64,000 bases of DNA, taken from positions 96,001 to 160,000 of the forward strand of contig CAVVJT010000007.1 in the NCBI GenBank assembly GCA_963748625.1, given 5' to 3'. Numbering within the stretch: position 1 is the first letter of the stretch; the number at the start of each line of letters is the position of its first letter. The notes under the pieces are model-generated. The model was not told the DNA's origin and ran no database searches. It worked only from the letters and a program-made list of their open reading frames with translations. Below are positions 19,484 through 29,090 of the stretch, in pieces. The DNA is from an uncultured Chloroflexia bacterium (GTDB lineage Bacteria > Chloroflexota > Limnocylindria > Limnocylindrales > CSP1-4). Both the position numbers and the translations under genes were made by a program.

Positions 19484-20499
19484 CGGCGCCGCTGCGCGTC
19501 GGGCTCGCCGGCCTCGGCTCGATGGGCCGCAACCACCTCCGCCACCTATCGACCCGGACGGACTGCGAGCTGGTCGCGGTCGCCGATCCCGCACCGGATC
19601 TTGTGGCCGACGCGGTTGCCAAGACGGGCGCCGCCGGCTACGCGGACGCCCTCGCGATGATCGACGAAGCCGAGCTCGATGCGGTGGTGATCGCCGCGCC
19701 CACGACGGCCCACGCCCCGCTGGCGCTCGCCGCGATCGAGCGTGGCTTGCCGCTGCTGGTCGAGAAGCCGCTGGCCGCCACGGTTGCGGAAGGGATCGAG
19801 CTCGTCGCGGCGGCACGGAGGCGCGGCGTCCCCGTCCAGGTGGGCCACGTGGAGCGGTTCAACCCGGCCGTGCTCGAGCTGGGTCGCCGGATCGCGAAGG
19901 GGTGGGTCGGGACGCTCTATTCCATCACGAGCCGGCGGGCCGGACCCTTCCCCGCCCGGATCCGCGACGTCGGCGTGACGATCGACCTCGCGACCCACGA
20001 CGCGGACATCCTGTCGTGGATCGCCGGGGAGCGTCCGACCCGCGTGTACGCCGAGACGGCGCAGCGGCACCACGTGAGCAACGAGGACCTGCTGTTCGGG
20101 CTGCTGCACTTCCCGTCGGGTGCCACCGGCATGCTCGACGTCAACTGGCTGACCCCCGCGAAGCGGCGACAGCTCTCCGTCGTGGGCGAGTCCGGCATGT
20201 TCGAGCTGGACTACCTGACCCAGCGGCTGACGTTCACGAGCGCCGACATCGGCAGCCCCACGATCATCGACGGCTACGCGACGACGTTCGAGGGCAACGT
20301 TGTCGTCATCGATGTCGCCAGCCGGGAGCCCCTCGCCGCGGAACTGGACGCATTCCTCGCCGTCGCCCGCAGCGGCGGTCGTCCGGTGGTGGACGGCGAA
20401 GACGGCCTGTGGGCCCTGGCGATCGCCTCGAGCCTGCTGGAGGCGGCCTCGGCCGGCCGGCCGGTCAGCCTCGCGGACTTCACTGCGCGAGTGCCCTGA
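19480..20499 (+). CDS. Gfo/Idh/MocA oxidoreductase (WbpB/WlbA-like)
   Basis: GLGSMGRNH, LVEKPLA, VGHVERFNPA, DLATHD; ATGA overlap. Confidence 0.9.
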   Translation: MTAPLRVGLAGLGSMGRNHLRHLSTRTDCELVAVADPAPDLVADAVAKTGAAGYADALAMIDEAELDAVVIAAPTTAHAPLALAAIERGLPLLVEKPLAATVAEGIELVAAARRRGVPVQVGHVERFNPAVLELGRRIAKGWVGTLYSITSRRAGPFPARIRDVGVTIDLATHDADILSWIAGERPTRVYAETAQRHHVSNEDLLFGLLHFPSGATGMLDVNWLTPAKRRQLSVVGESGMFELDYLTQRLTFTSADIGSPTIIDGYATTFEGNVVVIDVASREPLAAELDAFLAVARSGGRPVVDGEDGLWALAIASSLLEAASAGRPVSLADFTARVP

Positions 20500-20501
20500 T
20501 C

Positions 20502-21926
20502 GTGTCCATCACGGACCGGCCCTCGACGTCGGCCTCCCTGGTCGGCGGCGCGATCGCCCTGCCGGAGAACCCGTGCCTCCACGGCACAACCCGGCCCGTA
20601 GAGCGGTGGACCGGCGAGCCGGGGACTGCCGGTACCGTGATCGTGGTCGGGGCAGGCAAGATGGGCCTGCCCCTGGCCGCGCAGTTCGCATCGCACCAGT
20701 GGAAGGTGATCGCGGTCGACACGGACCCGACGGTCATCGCGGCGGTCAACGAAGGTCGATCCCATGTGCGTGGCGAGCCCGCGCTCGACGAGCGCATTGC
20801 GGACGCGCACGCCGCCGGGCGGCTCCGGGCGATGTGCGACGGGGTCGCGGCCGCGCGCGAAGCGGACGTCGTCGTCCTGATCGTCCCGGTGATGCTGGAT
20901 GACGCGAAGCAGCCCGACTACCGGCACATGGACGCTGCCGTCGCGTCGATCGCCCCCGGCCTGCGGGCCGGCGCAACCGTGATCTTCGAGACCACGCTGC
21001 CGGTCGGCGACACGCGCCACCGGTACGTGCCCCGGCTCGAGGAGGCCAGCGGCCTGGACGCGGACGACGACCTGTTCGTCGCGTTCTCGCCGGAGCGCCT
21101 GTTCAGCGGGGCTGTCCTCCGGAACCTGGCGACCTACCCCAAGCTCGTGGGCGGGATCGGGCCGGCATCAACGGAACGGGCGGCGCGCTTCTACGCATCC
21201 GTGCTCGACGCGGAGGTCGTGGCCATGAGCTCGGCCGAGGCCGCGGAGCTGAGCAAGTTGGCCGACACCACGTACCGCGACGTCAACATCGCGTTCGCAA
21301 ACCAGCTCGCGGCCTACGCGCAGCGTGTCGGCGTGGACGTCCACGAGGTGATCCGGGCGGCCAACAGCCAGCCGTACAGCCACATCCACCAGCCCGGCCT
21401 CGGGGTGGGCGGGCACTGCATCCCCGTCTACCCGCACTTCCTCCTGTCGAGGGCGCCCGAGATGGAGCTGGTGGAGGTGTCGAGGCGGGTGAACGACGGC
21501 CAGGTCGATGTCGCCGTGCGGATGCTGTCCGACGAGCTGGGCGGGCTCCGGGAGATCCCGGTCCTCGTCCTGGGCCTGACGTACCGGGAGGGCGTCAGGG
21601 AGCTCGCCTATTCGCGGGCGCTGCCACTGATCGGCGCGCTGGCCGCCGAAGGTGCCCTGGTCTCTGCCTGGGACCCGCTCCTGTCCGCGGACGACATCGA
21701 GCGGTGCGGGGCGGCACCCTGGGCCTGGGGATCCCCGAGCGATGCGCGGGCGGTTGTCACCCAGACGGCCGACCCGGCCTTTGCCCGGCTGGAGATGCCC
21801 TGGTTCCCGGACCTCGAGGTCGTCGTCGACGGCCGGAACAGCCTGCGGGACGTCACGTTCCCGGATCACGTGCGCGTGCTCGGCCTTGGCGTCCCGGCAC
21901 GGGGCGGGACGCGGCCAGGCTCGTGA
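20502..21926 (+). CDS. UDP-sugar 6-dehydrogenase (WbpA/WecC-like)
   Basis: GAGKMGLPLA, FETTLPVG, FSPER, YRDVNIAFAN, GVGGHCIPVYP. Confidence 0.92.
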   Translation: MSITDRPSTSASLVGGAIALPENPCLHGTTRPVERWTGEPGTAGTVIVVGAGKMGLPLAAQFASHQWKVIAVDTDPTVIAAVNEGRSHVRGEPALDERIADAHAAGRLRAMCDGVAAAREADVVVLIVPVMLDDAKQPDYRHMDAAVASIAPGLRAGATVIFETTLPVGDTRHRYVPRLEEASGLDADDDLFVAFSPERLFSGAVLRNLATYPKLVGGIGPASTERAARFYASVLDAEVVAMSSAEAAELSKLADTTYRDVNIAFANQLAAYAQRVGVDVHEVIRAANSQPYSHIHQPGLGVGGHCIPVYPHFLLSRAPEMELVEVSRRVNDGQVDVAVRMLSDELGGLREIPVLVLGLTYREGVRELAYSRALPLIGALAAEGALVSAWDPLLSADDIERCGAAPWAWGSPSDARAVVTQTADPAFARLEMPWFPDLEVVVDGRNSLRDVTFPDHVRVLGLGVPARGGTRPGS

Positions 21927-21957
21927 TCCAGTCAGTCGCCGGAGAGGGTGGTCTGCG

Positions 21958-23094
21958 ATGCGGCTGGTGAACATCGTCGGCACCCGCCCCCAGCTGATCA
22001 AGGCCGCGGCGCTGCTCCCCGAGCTGCGTACCGGCCACGACGTGGTCCTGGTGGACACCGGCCAGCACTGGGATGACCGGATGGCCGGGAACTTCTTCGT
22101 GGAGCTCGGGCTGCCGCAGCCGGACTACAGCCTGGGCATCGGCGGCGGCGGTCACGCCGCCCAGACCGGACGCATGCTGCTCGCACTGGAGCCGGTGCTC
22201 GAGGCGGAGCGGCCGGACGCCGTGGTCGTGTACGGCGACACGAACTCGACCCTGGCCGGGGCCCTCGCGGCGGCCAAGCTCGGCATCCCGGTCGCGCACG
22301 TCGAGGCGGGCCTGCGCAGCTTCGACCGGCGGATGCCGGAGGAGCTCAACCGCGTCGTGTCCGATCACCTCGCGACCTGGTGCTTCGCGCCGACGCGGAC
22401 GGCGGTCGCGAACCTCGCGCGGGAGGGCATCGTCGATGGTGTGGTCGCCGTCGGCGACCTCATGCAGGACCTTGCGAGCCGAGTGAGCCGCGAGATCCGT
22501 GGCCTCGACGCGCTGCGCGACGCGGGTACCGCGCTCGTCGCGGCGGGGGCTCCCGCATCGGCCGCTCGGCTGGAGCCGGGCGGCTACGTCTTCGCGACCG
22601 TCCACCGGGCCGAGAACCGCGAGGCGGCGGCCCTCACCGCGTGGCCGGAGATCCTCGCGGATGCCGCCCGCCCGGACCGACCGGTGATCCTGGCGCTCCA
22701 CCCGGGGACGCGCGCAGCCCTCGAACGCGCCGGCGTCGATCTTGGGCGCGACATCTGGGCGGTCGAGCCGCTCGGCTATCGGACGTCGTTGACCCTCCAG
22801 CTCCATGCCGCTGCGGTGTTGACGGACTCGGGCGGTGTCCAACGCGAGGCCGCGTGGCTGGGCGTCCCGTGTCTCGTCCTCCGCAGTACGACGGAGTGGG
22901 TGGAGGCCGTCAACGACTCGGACGGCGGGATGGTTGTCGTTGGGCTCGACCGGAAGCGGGCCAGCGCGGAGCTCGAGCGCATGGCGCCGCCGGCCGCCTG
23001 TCGCGCCGCGGCACTCGAGCGCGCAAGGTCGCTCGACCTCGCGCCTGCGGGGGCGGCCCGACGCATCGCGGACGTCCTCGCCGGCGTCGCCTGA
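21958..23094 (+). CDS. wecB: Non-hydrolysing UDP-N-acetylhexosamine 2-epimerase (WecB/WbpI-like)
   Basis: VGTRPQLIK, DTGQH, YGDTNSTLAGA, HVEAGLRSFD..MPEE, TDSGGVQREA. Confidence 0.93.
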   Translation: MRLVNIVGTRPQLIKAAALLPELRTGHDVVLVDTGQHWDDRMAGNFFVELGLPQPDYSLGIGGGGHAAQTGRMLLALEPVLEAERPDAVVVYGDTNSTLAGALAAAKLGIPVAHVEAGLRSFDRRMPEELNRVVSDHLATWCFAPTRTAVANLAREGIVDGVVAVGDLMQDLASRVSREIRGLDALRDAGTALVAAGAPASAARLEPGGYVFATVHRAENREAAALTAWPEILADAARPDRPVILALHPGTRAALERAGVDLGRDIWAVEPLGYRTSLTLQLHAAAVLTDSGGVQREAAWLGVPCLVLRSTTEWVEAVNDSDGGMVVVGLDRKRASAELERMAPPAACRAAALERARSLDLAPAGAARRIADVLAGVA

Positions 23095-23678
23095 AGCGAC
23101 GCCCCGGCGTCGGCCGCGCCCCCGGTGCATCCCGGCACCTGCGGCCATCGCCCGAGGGACCTTGCGTCGCCCTGCCCTGTCGGTCGAGCGATGTGCGAGG
23201 CCTCGAGCGCCTGGCGTGATGGAGGCTGCTGGTTGTTAGCGGGCAAGGCGAGACGGCGGTCCCGCGCGTTCAGGGCGCGCTGGACCGCCGTCCGGTCTCG
23301 GGGACCGGCGAACGTTGGAGAGCGGGCGGCGGTGCAAGGCGTACGCCGGTCCGTCGGACGAGCGGCCCGTGCGGAAGGGGCGAAACGCGCTCACGCACTC
23401 GCATTCCCTCTCCCCGGAAAAGGGAGGTCGTTCCGGTCCATCGGACCGGCCTCGGCTTCGTAGCCGGCAGCGCGACGGGCTCGAATTCGCGTGGGCGAAC
23501 ACGCACGCCGCGTGTCAGTGGCCGTCGACGGTACTACGCCAATAGTCCTACTGGTAGACCCTGACGCGATGAACGCCGTGGAGATGGGGCACTTGACATC
23601 GACGCTGGAGCGCGTCCGGCCATCGCCGCTACATGCCGGCACCGCCGGGAGCCCCTGACCCTTGTAGCATCGGCAGCG

Positions 23679-24344
23679 ATGCAACCCAACGAGCACTGGC
23701 AGCGTGCCCGCGAGGAGGTCGTCCTCTTCAGCCGCCGCCTCCTGGCCGAGCACCTCGTGTACTACACGGCCGGCAACGTCAGCCGCCGCGTGGACGGCGA
23801 GGATGGTCTGTACGCCGTCACCCCCACGAGCACCCCGTACGACACGCTGCGCCCCGAGGACGTGGTGATCGCCACGATCGACGGCGAGATCGTCGACGGG
23901 GACAAGCCGCCCACCGTGGAGTTCCCGCTCCACTCGGCGCTGTACCGCCAGCGACCTGAGATCGGCGGCGTCGTCCACACCCACAGCCCCGCTGCGATGA
24001 CGATGGCCGCCCTCGGCTGGACGCTCCCCCCCATCCTCACCGGGTTCTGCGAGGCCGCCGGCGGTGCCGTCGTGACCGCCCGCTACGCCCGGCCCGGCAG
24101 CGAGGAGCTCGCGGAGGCCACGCGAGAGGCGCTCGCGGAGCGCGGCGCCTGCTTCCTGCGCCATCACGGGCTGCTCGCGATCGGTCCCACGCTCGCGCGC
24201 GCCTATAACGCGGCTAGCGTCACCGAGGGCGCCGCCGAGGTCTTCCTTCGCGCGCGCGGGCTCATGGGTGACGTGCCGGCGCTCCCCGAGAGCGAGGTCG
24301 CCTGGCTCCACGAGGAGTGGGCCGCCCACTGGGACCGCCACTGA
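23679..24344 (+). CDS. Class II aldolase/adducin family (FucA/AraD-like)
   Basis: AGNVS, TPTS, PTVEFPLH, VVHTHSP, LRHHG. Confidence 0.9.
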   Translation: MQPNEHWQRAREEVVLFSRRLLAEHLVYYTAGNVSRRVDGEDGLYAVTPTSTPYDTLRPEDVVIATIDGEIVDGDKPPTVEFPLHSALYRQRPEIGGVVHTHSPAAMTMAALGWTLPPILTGFCEAAGGAVVTARYARPGSEELAEATREALAERGACFLRHHGLLAIGPTLARAYNAASVTEGAAEVFLRARGLMGDVPALPESEVAWLHEEWAAHWDRH

Positions 24345-24559
24345 CGGTCGAGCGGTCCTGCCGTGCGCTCGCGCCGCGCGGCCGGCTTCGCGCGCCGCCG
24401 TCCGCGCGAATGCCGCCGAACCTCGGCAAATCCGCATTGACGCCGCGGGCGAACATGGGGTGGCTCACGTGAGACCGAAGAGGCGCCCGCCTTCCCCCCC
24501 CCCGGGGCCGGGCGCCTCTTCGTGTCCGAAGCGTCGTGGAGCGGGGTTGCACCCGCTCC

Positions 24560-25060
24560 CTCGCAAACGTGCTCCGGTGCGGGTCAGCCCCGAGTAGGGC
24601 ACCCACGCGGACTTCGAGCGCGTCGTCGGGCAGGCATATGCGCTCGGCATGCGCGTGATGATCAACGTGGTCAACAAGCACAGCGCGTACGACTCGCGGC
24701 CGGTCACCGAGCACCCGGAGTTCTTCCACCAGGACGCCGCCGGCACGCCAGCGACCACGGTCCCCGACTGGACCGACGTCATCGACCTGCGCTACGGCGA
24801 TCCGGCACTCGAGGAGTGCATCTCGACGCTCGAGGACTGGGTGCGACTGGGCATTGACGGATTCCGGCGAGATGTGGCCTCGATCATCCCCGGGGAGTTC
24901 TGGCGGCATGCCCGCGCCCGCATCGACAGTGTCCGGCCCGACGTTGCTGTGGCTGGCCGAGTCCGTCCGTGCAGGCCGGGTGGCCGACCGGCGCGAGCAC
25001 GGCCTCTCGGGCGTGTCCGACAGCGAGCTGCGACGTGGCCTGATCGATGTGCCGGAGTAT
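24560..25060 (+). pseudogene. Degraded GH13 alpha-amylase-family fragment
   Basis: VSPE*GTHADFERVV..GMRVMINVVNKH..DWTDVIDL..GIDGFRRDVA; in-frame TAG at ~24595, frameshift before WLAES, no N- or C-terminus. Confidence 0.75.
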
Positions 25061-25160
25061 GCACGTGTCCTCCGGACGAGCCCGCTCGAGAGGGTGCAGC
25101 CGCTGGCAACGCCGCTGCTCGATCACGGGTTCGATGCCGGGCTGAGGGCCCGGCCCGGGC

Positions 25161-25430
25161 TCAGGCGCCGGCGAGGAGGTCCACGACCCGCGGCTTGGCA
25201 GCCTCCACCAGGTGCGGATCGAGCATGCGCGAGGCCGCCTCCGCGTGCGGGCACACGCCATGGAGCGTCGCGAACTCGCAGTCGCAGATCCAGCCGTCGG
25301 GCCCCAGCGTCAGCACGTGCTGGCCGCCACCGGCCTCGAAGGTCGCTTCCAGTGAGCTGATCCGCAGCCGGTCGCGCTCCAGGGCGTAGCGGTGTGCCTT
25401 CTCGGCCTTCGTGACGATGGTGCTCTGCAT
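25161..25430 (-). CDS. Small SWIM-type zinc-finger protein
   Basis: WICDCEF..GVCPH (CxC..CxH); KAEKAHRYA N-terminus as in Chloroflexota homologs. Confidence 0.75.
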   Translation of the reverse strand: MQSTIVTKAEKAHRYALERDRLRISSLEATFEAGGGQHVLTLGPDGWICDCEFATLHGVCPHAEAASRMLDPHLVEAAKPRVVDLLAGA

Positions 25431-25576
25431 CAGGTAGTGATCCTTGGGGGAGTGGGACGGGCGGGGCGTCTGTGGGCCTCAATGGTCGGGCCGACGGTGC
25501 CACGGGGTCAAGCACACGCGTGGAATGCGGTAACAGGAAGGGACCTGCCGACGTCTACCGGGTGAGGTTCCACGGC

Positions 25577-25795
25577 ATGGACATGATCACCGCCGACCTG
25601 TACTACCTGACCGAACAGGACGAGCTCGTCGTGATCCGGCGCCTCGCCCTCGAGCCCATCGACGACATCGACCGGGGCGGTCCTTCGCCATCGGGCATGG
25701 GGCGCAGCACCCCGAGAAGACACCTCCACAGCACGGCGCGACGACGGGCCATCATCCGATCGGGCCACATGCGTGAGCAGCTGCCAATAGCATGA
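25577..25795 (+). CDS. Small hypothetical protein
   Basis: GC3-biased 5' half (MDMITADLYYLTEQDELVVIRRLALEP); no recognisable domain. Confidence 0.4.
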   Translation: MDMITADLYYLTEQDELVVIRRLALEPIDDIDRGGPSPSGMGRSTPRRHLHSTARRRAIIRSGHMREQLPIA

Positions 25796-25983
25796 ACTTG
25801 GGGGTTGTCAAGAGACGCTCAATGGCCTAGAGTAGTAGGCCAATGGCGTGTCGCTTGACACGCCAGTACGTATGTCGGGATGGCGTGGACCCCGGCGTGC
25901 GATGACCCGGTCCGTGGACCGGGAAACCGTTTGGTATCCACCGGGTCGCGCGGTCGGGCGCGATGCCGTGCAGCTGGAGCATC

Positions 25984-27516
25984 GTGATTTCCGTCGATTC
26001 CTCCCTTCCCGCCTCCGACGCGGAGGCAGCGCTCGCCGCAGCCCAGATCGAGCTTGACCCCGTGGCCGCTGACCTGGAGGCTGAGGCCATCCTGGTCGAA
26101 GAGCCCGTCGTCGCAGCCCCCGCCCCCAAGGCAGAAGAGCCGGACGCCGAGGTCGAGGTCGTGTCGACCGAGGTGCTCGACACCGATGACTCCGTGCGCC
26201 TGTACCTGCGCGAGATCGGGCGCGTGCCGCTCCTGACCGCGGAGGAGGAGGTCATCCTGGCGAAGGGCATGGAGCTCGGCGGCCAGGGCGAGGCGGAGCC
26301 GTGGAAGGCCATCCTGGCGATCCACGAGTGGACGCTGCACAAGACCGAGCCGGTGGCGCGGGCCAAGGACAAGCGCTACGTGCTGCCGTTCGAGGCCGCG
26401 TCGCACCGCATCGTCGAGGCGGCGATCCGCTCGGACGACGCGCTGGACCTGCTCGTGATGGCGCCGGCCCTGGGTCTTGCCGATGGCCTCAAGAAGGCTG
26501 AGACGGACCTGCTCAAGGAGCGCCTGACCCGCGCCCAGGACGTGCGCTCGATCTACAACGAGCGGCTCGACGCCGAGAGCTTCCTGGACCTGCTCAACTG
26601 GATCGAAGGCGAGCTCGGCCGGCCGAACGCGGAGCTCCGCGCGAGCACCGCGCTCAAGGAGATGCGGGACTGGGCGCGCGCGGAGATCGCCTACCCGGCG
26701 ATTCAGCGCTACCTCGAGGCCGGCAACGAGGCCGAGGTCATGGACGAGTTCGGGCCCACGCTCAAGGTGCTGGCCAAGCACTCGCGTGACCACCTCACGT
26801 CGGCCAACCTGCGCCTCGTCGTGTCGATCGCGCGCAAGTACATCAACCAGGCGGGCATGGGCCTGCTGGACCTCGTCCAGGAGGGCAACGCCGGCCTGAT
26901 CCGCGCTGTCGACAAGTTCGAGTACGAGCGCGGCTTCAAGTTCTCGACGTACGCCACCTGGTGGATCCGCCAGGCGATCCAGCGCGGCCTCGCGGACCAG
27001 AGCCGGACCATCCGGATCCCCGTTCACATGGTCGAGACGATGGGTCGAGTGGCACGCGTCGTGCGCGAGCTGTCCACCCAGCTCGGCCGCGAGCCCACCA
27101 ACGCCGAGATCGCCGCGGCCCTGCCCGACGAAACCCCGGCGATGACGCCGCAGCGCGTCGAGGAGATCCGCAAGCTCGGCCGCGAGCCCGTCAGCCTCCA
27201 GTCCCCCGTCGGCGACGAGGGCGACGCGGAGCTCGGCGAGCTCATCCCGGACGAGGACGCCGTCTCCCCGCTCGACGTGGTCGCGGACCGCATGCGCCGT
27301 GAGCAGATCGAGCATGTGCTCGCCTCGCTCGACGGGCGCGAGCAGCGCGTCCTGCGCCTCCGCTTCGGCCTGGACGACGGGCATGCCCGGACGCTCGAGG
27401 AGGTCGGCCGTGAGTTCGGCCTCACCCGCGAGCGGATCCGCCAGATCGAGGTCCAGGCGCTGCGCAAGCTCCGCCACCCGAGCCGAAGCCGCAAGCTGCG
27501 GGAGTTCGCCGCCTAG
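25984..27516 (+). CDS. Sigma-70 family factor (RpoD/SigA-like paralog) with long non-conserved insertion
   Basis: Region 1.2 [11 protein letters not shown]; 2.1 [13 protein letters not shown]; 2.3-2.4 [14 protein letters not shown]; 4.2 [16 protein letters not shown]. Confidence 0.95.
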   Translation: MISVDSSLPASDAEAALAAAQIELDPVAADLEAEAILVEEPVVAAPAPKAEEPDAEVEVVSTEVLDTDDSVRLYLREIGRVPLLTAEEEVILAKGMELGGQGEAEPWKAILAIHEWTLHKTEPVARAKDKRYVLPFEAASHRIVEAAIRSDDALDLLVMAPALGLADGLKKAETDLLKERLTRAQDVRSIYNERLDAESFLDLLNWIEGELGRPNAELRASTALKEMRDWARAEIAYPAIQRYLEAGNEAEVMDEFGPTLKVLAKHSRDHLTSANLRLVVSIARKYINQAGMGLLDLVQEGNAGLIRAVDKFEYERGFKFSTYATWWIRQAIQRGLADQSRTIRIPVHMVETMGRVARVVRELSTQLGREPTNAEIAAALPDETPAMTPQRVEEIRKLGREPVSLQSPVGDEGDAELGELIPDEDAVSPLDVVADRMRREQIEHVLASLDGREQRVLRLRFGLDDGHARTLEEVGREFGLTRERIRQIEVQALRKLRHPSRSRKLREFAA

Positions 27517-27538
27517 GCGGAACGTCCCGAGGGAGAAC

Positions 27539-27570
27539 GAAGCCCCCGTCGCTGACGGGGGCTTCTTGCT
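27539..27570 (+). terminator. Intrinsic terminator hairpin after the sigma factor gene
   Basis: gaagcccccgtc-gct-gacgggggcttc-ttgct, perfect 12-bp stem. Confidence 0.8.
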
Positions 27571-27613
27571 GTCTCCGGGATGTCGGGCGGAGTCAGTCGC
27601 CCCCCGACGGTGC

Positions 27614-28303
27614 TTACCCGCCCGCGCCCGGGTCGGTGATGCCTGGGTCGGTGACGCCGGAGTCCCCCTGACCGCCCTGGCCGTCTTGGCCGTCTTGGCC
27701 GGGCATCGTGCCGCTGCCATCCCGGCCCTGGGGTCCACGGCCGCCACGGTGGGATGAGCCGCCGTTGCCATCCATGCCGCCGTGTCCATCCATGCCGCCG
27801 TTGCCATCCATGCCGCCGTGTCCATCCATGCCGCCGTTGCCATCCATGCCGCCGTTGCGATCCATGCCGCCGTTGCGGCCCTGGCCGCGGTTGCGCTCCA
27901 TGTCGCCGTCGCCTGCATCGCCGCCCTGGCCGGCGCCATCCTTCCCGGCGCCAACCTGGCCGTGCCGGCCGCCGGTGACGGGGTCGGTGACCTGGGGTGA
28001 ACCGGCCGTTGCCTGGTCGGACTCCGGGGCGAGGATACCCACCGCGAGTGCGGTGGCGGCGACCCCCGCGAACGCGGCGACCGTGATGCCCGCGAGCATG
28101 GTGCTGCGGCCGACGGTCCGGCGCCGGGAGGCGGCCGCCGGCGGCGCTGCGGCAGGCCCGTCGCCATGCGCATCGGCAGATGCTTCGGTGGGTGCCCATC
28201 CCTCCGGCGGTGCCGGCTCGAACGGGACGCTGTCCGGAGCCGGCGGGGTGGCCGGCTCCGGAGGGGTGAAGGGATCGGGGATCGGGGTGGTGGGGCTGTC
28301 CAT
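27614..28303 (-). CDS. Single-TM protein with Gly/Met/Asp/His-rich repeat tail
   Basis: Pro-rich N-terminus, TM LAGITVAAFAGVAATALAVGIL, (GGMDG[N/H])n. Confidence 0.65.
   Translation of the reverse strand: MDSPTTPIPDPFTPPEPATPPAPDSVPFEPAPPEGWAPTEASADAHGDGPAAAPPAAASRRRTVGRSTMLAGITVAAFAGVAATALAVGILAPESDQATAGSPQVTDPVTGGRHGQVGAGKDGAGQGGDAGDGDMERNRGQGRNGGMDRNGGMDGNGGMDGHGGMDGNGGMDGHGGMDGNGGSSHRGGRGPQGRDGSGTMPGQDGQDGQGGQGDSGVTDPGITDPGAGG
27760..27877 (-). repeat. 18-bp tandem repeat (~6 copies) encoding GGMDG(N/H)
   Basis: Repeated catccatgccgccg(t)t units on the + strand. Confidence 0.9.
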
Positions 28304-28348
28304 CCGAGCACTGTCGGGGGGCCAGGCTTTCGAACGCCTTACCGGCGG

Positions 28349-28366
28349 CTGTGAACAGGCTGGGAA
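28349..28366 (-). promoter_or_regulatory. Putative OmpR-family direct-repeat box
   Basis: TTCCCAG-cctg-TTCACAG (11-bp period) ~45 bp upstream of the 28303 start, next to an OmpR-type two-component system. Confidence 0.45.
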
Positions 28367-28616
28367 TGACCGGGCGGTCGTCCGGCGCTGTCCGCCACGT
28401 GTGGTCCGAGGCGTGCCTGTGCGCATGGTTCAGCCACACGGTGCGGTGCCGGCGCTGGATGCGCGATCCATGCGCACCCCGCGCGCTGTCGGCCCCTCGC
28501 TACCGCCTGCCCTGCGCGCAGGCCGCGCAGTCAGCGATCCGACAGCACAGTGTGCGCACTCGGCGCGCATCGGCGACAGACGCGCGGGCCTTGCGCGCGA
28601 TGGCTACAGTCTGTGG

Positions 28617-29057
28617 ATGGACAACCCCATCGCTGTTGAGCCGCAGCCGCGGATCGACACCCTGACCACCGATGCCGCCAGCGGCACCCAGCTCCGGCGG
28701 ACCGAGTACACAGGCACGGTGTGGTTCGGCGGCAAGCCGCAGTTCACGGGCTACGGCACGGTCACGATGAGCCAGGCCGCGCGCGTTGAGAGCCCCTTCT
28801 TCCTGCCCGACAGCCTGCCCTACCGCGCTGGAGCCCCGGCCCTCGTCGTGATCTCGGTGGCAGTCCAGTCGGCGCCCGACGAGGCCCACCAGGTGCTCGA
28901 GCATCACGCATCGCTCGTGCCCGATCCCCGCAACCAGGGGGTCGCCTGGGTCCAGGTGCAGGTTCTTGCGGCCATCCGGACGCCGACCGCGCTGAGCTAC
29001 CGCATCGACGTGCTGGTGACGCCAGACGGCGTGCTATCCGACGTCACGGGCAGCTGA
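28617..29057 (+). CDS. Hypothetical protein (leaderless)
   Basis: GC3-biased ORF MDNPIAVEPQPRID...; TACAGT 6 nt before the ATG. Confidence 0.65.
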   Translation: MDNPIAVEPQPRIDTLTTDAASGTQLRRTEYTGTVWFGGKPQFTGYGTVTMSQAARVESPFFLPDSLPYRAGAPALVVISVAVQSAPDEAHQVLEHHASLVPDPRNQGVAWVQVQVLAAIRTPTALSYRIDVLVTPDGVLSDVTGS

Positions 29058-29090
29058 GCCGCGCGAGCGCGGGGGCCGGTCGCAGGCCCC

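Noticed and set aside
25819-28311. 830-aa minus-strand ORF, and similar long ORFs at 36223..38754, 44427..46577, 18161..19816 and 32548..34191
   Set aside because: Antisense shadows of well-supported genes, expected in high-GC3 DNA; no domain motifs.
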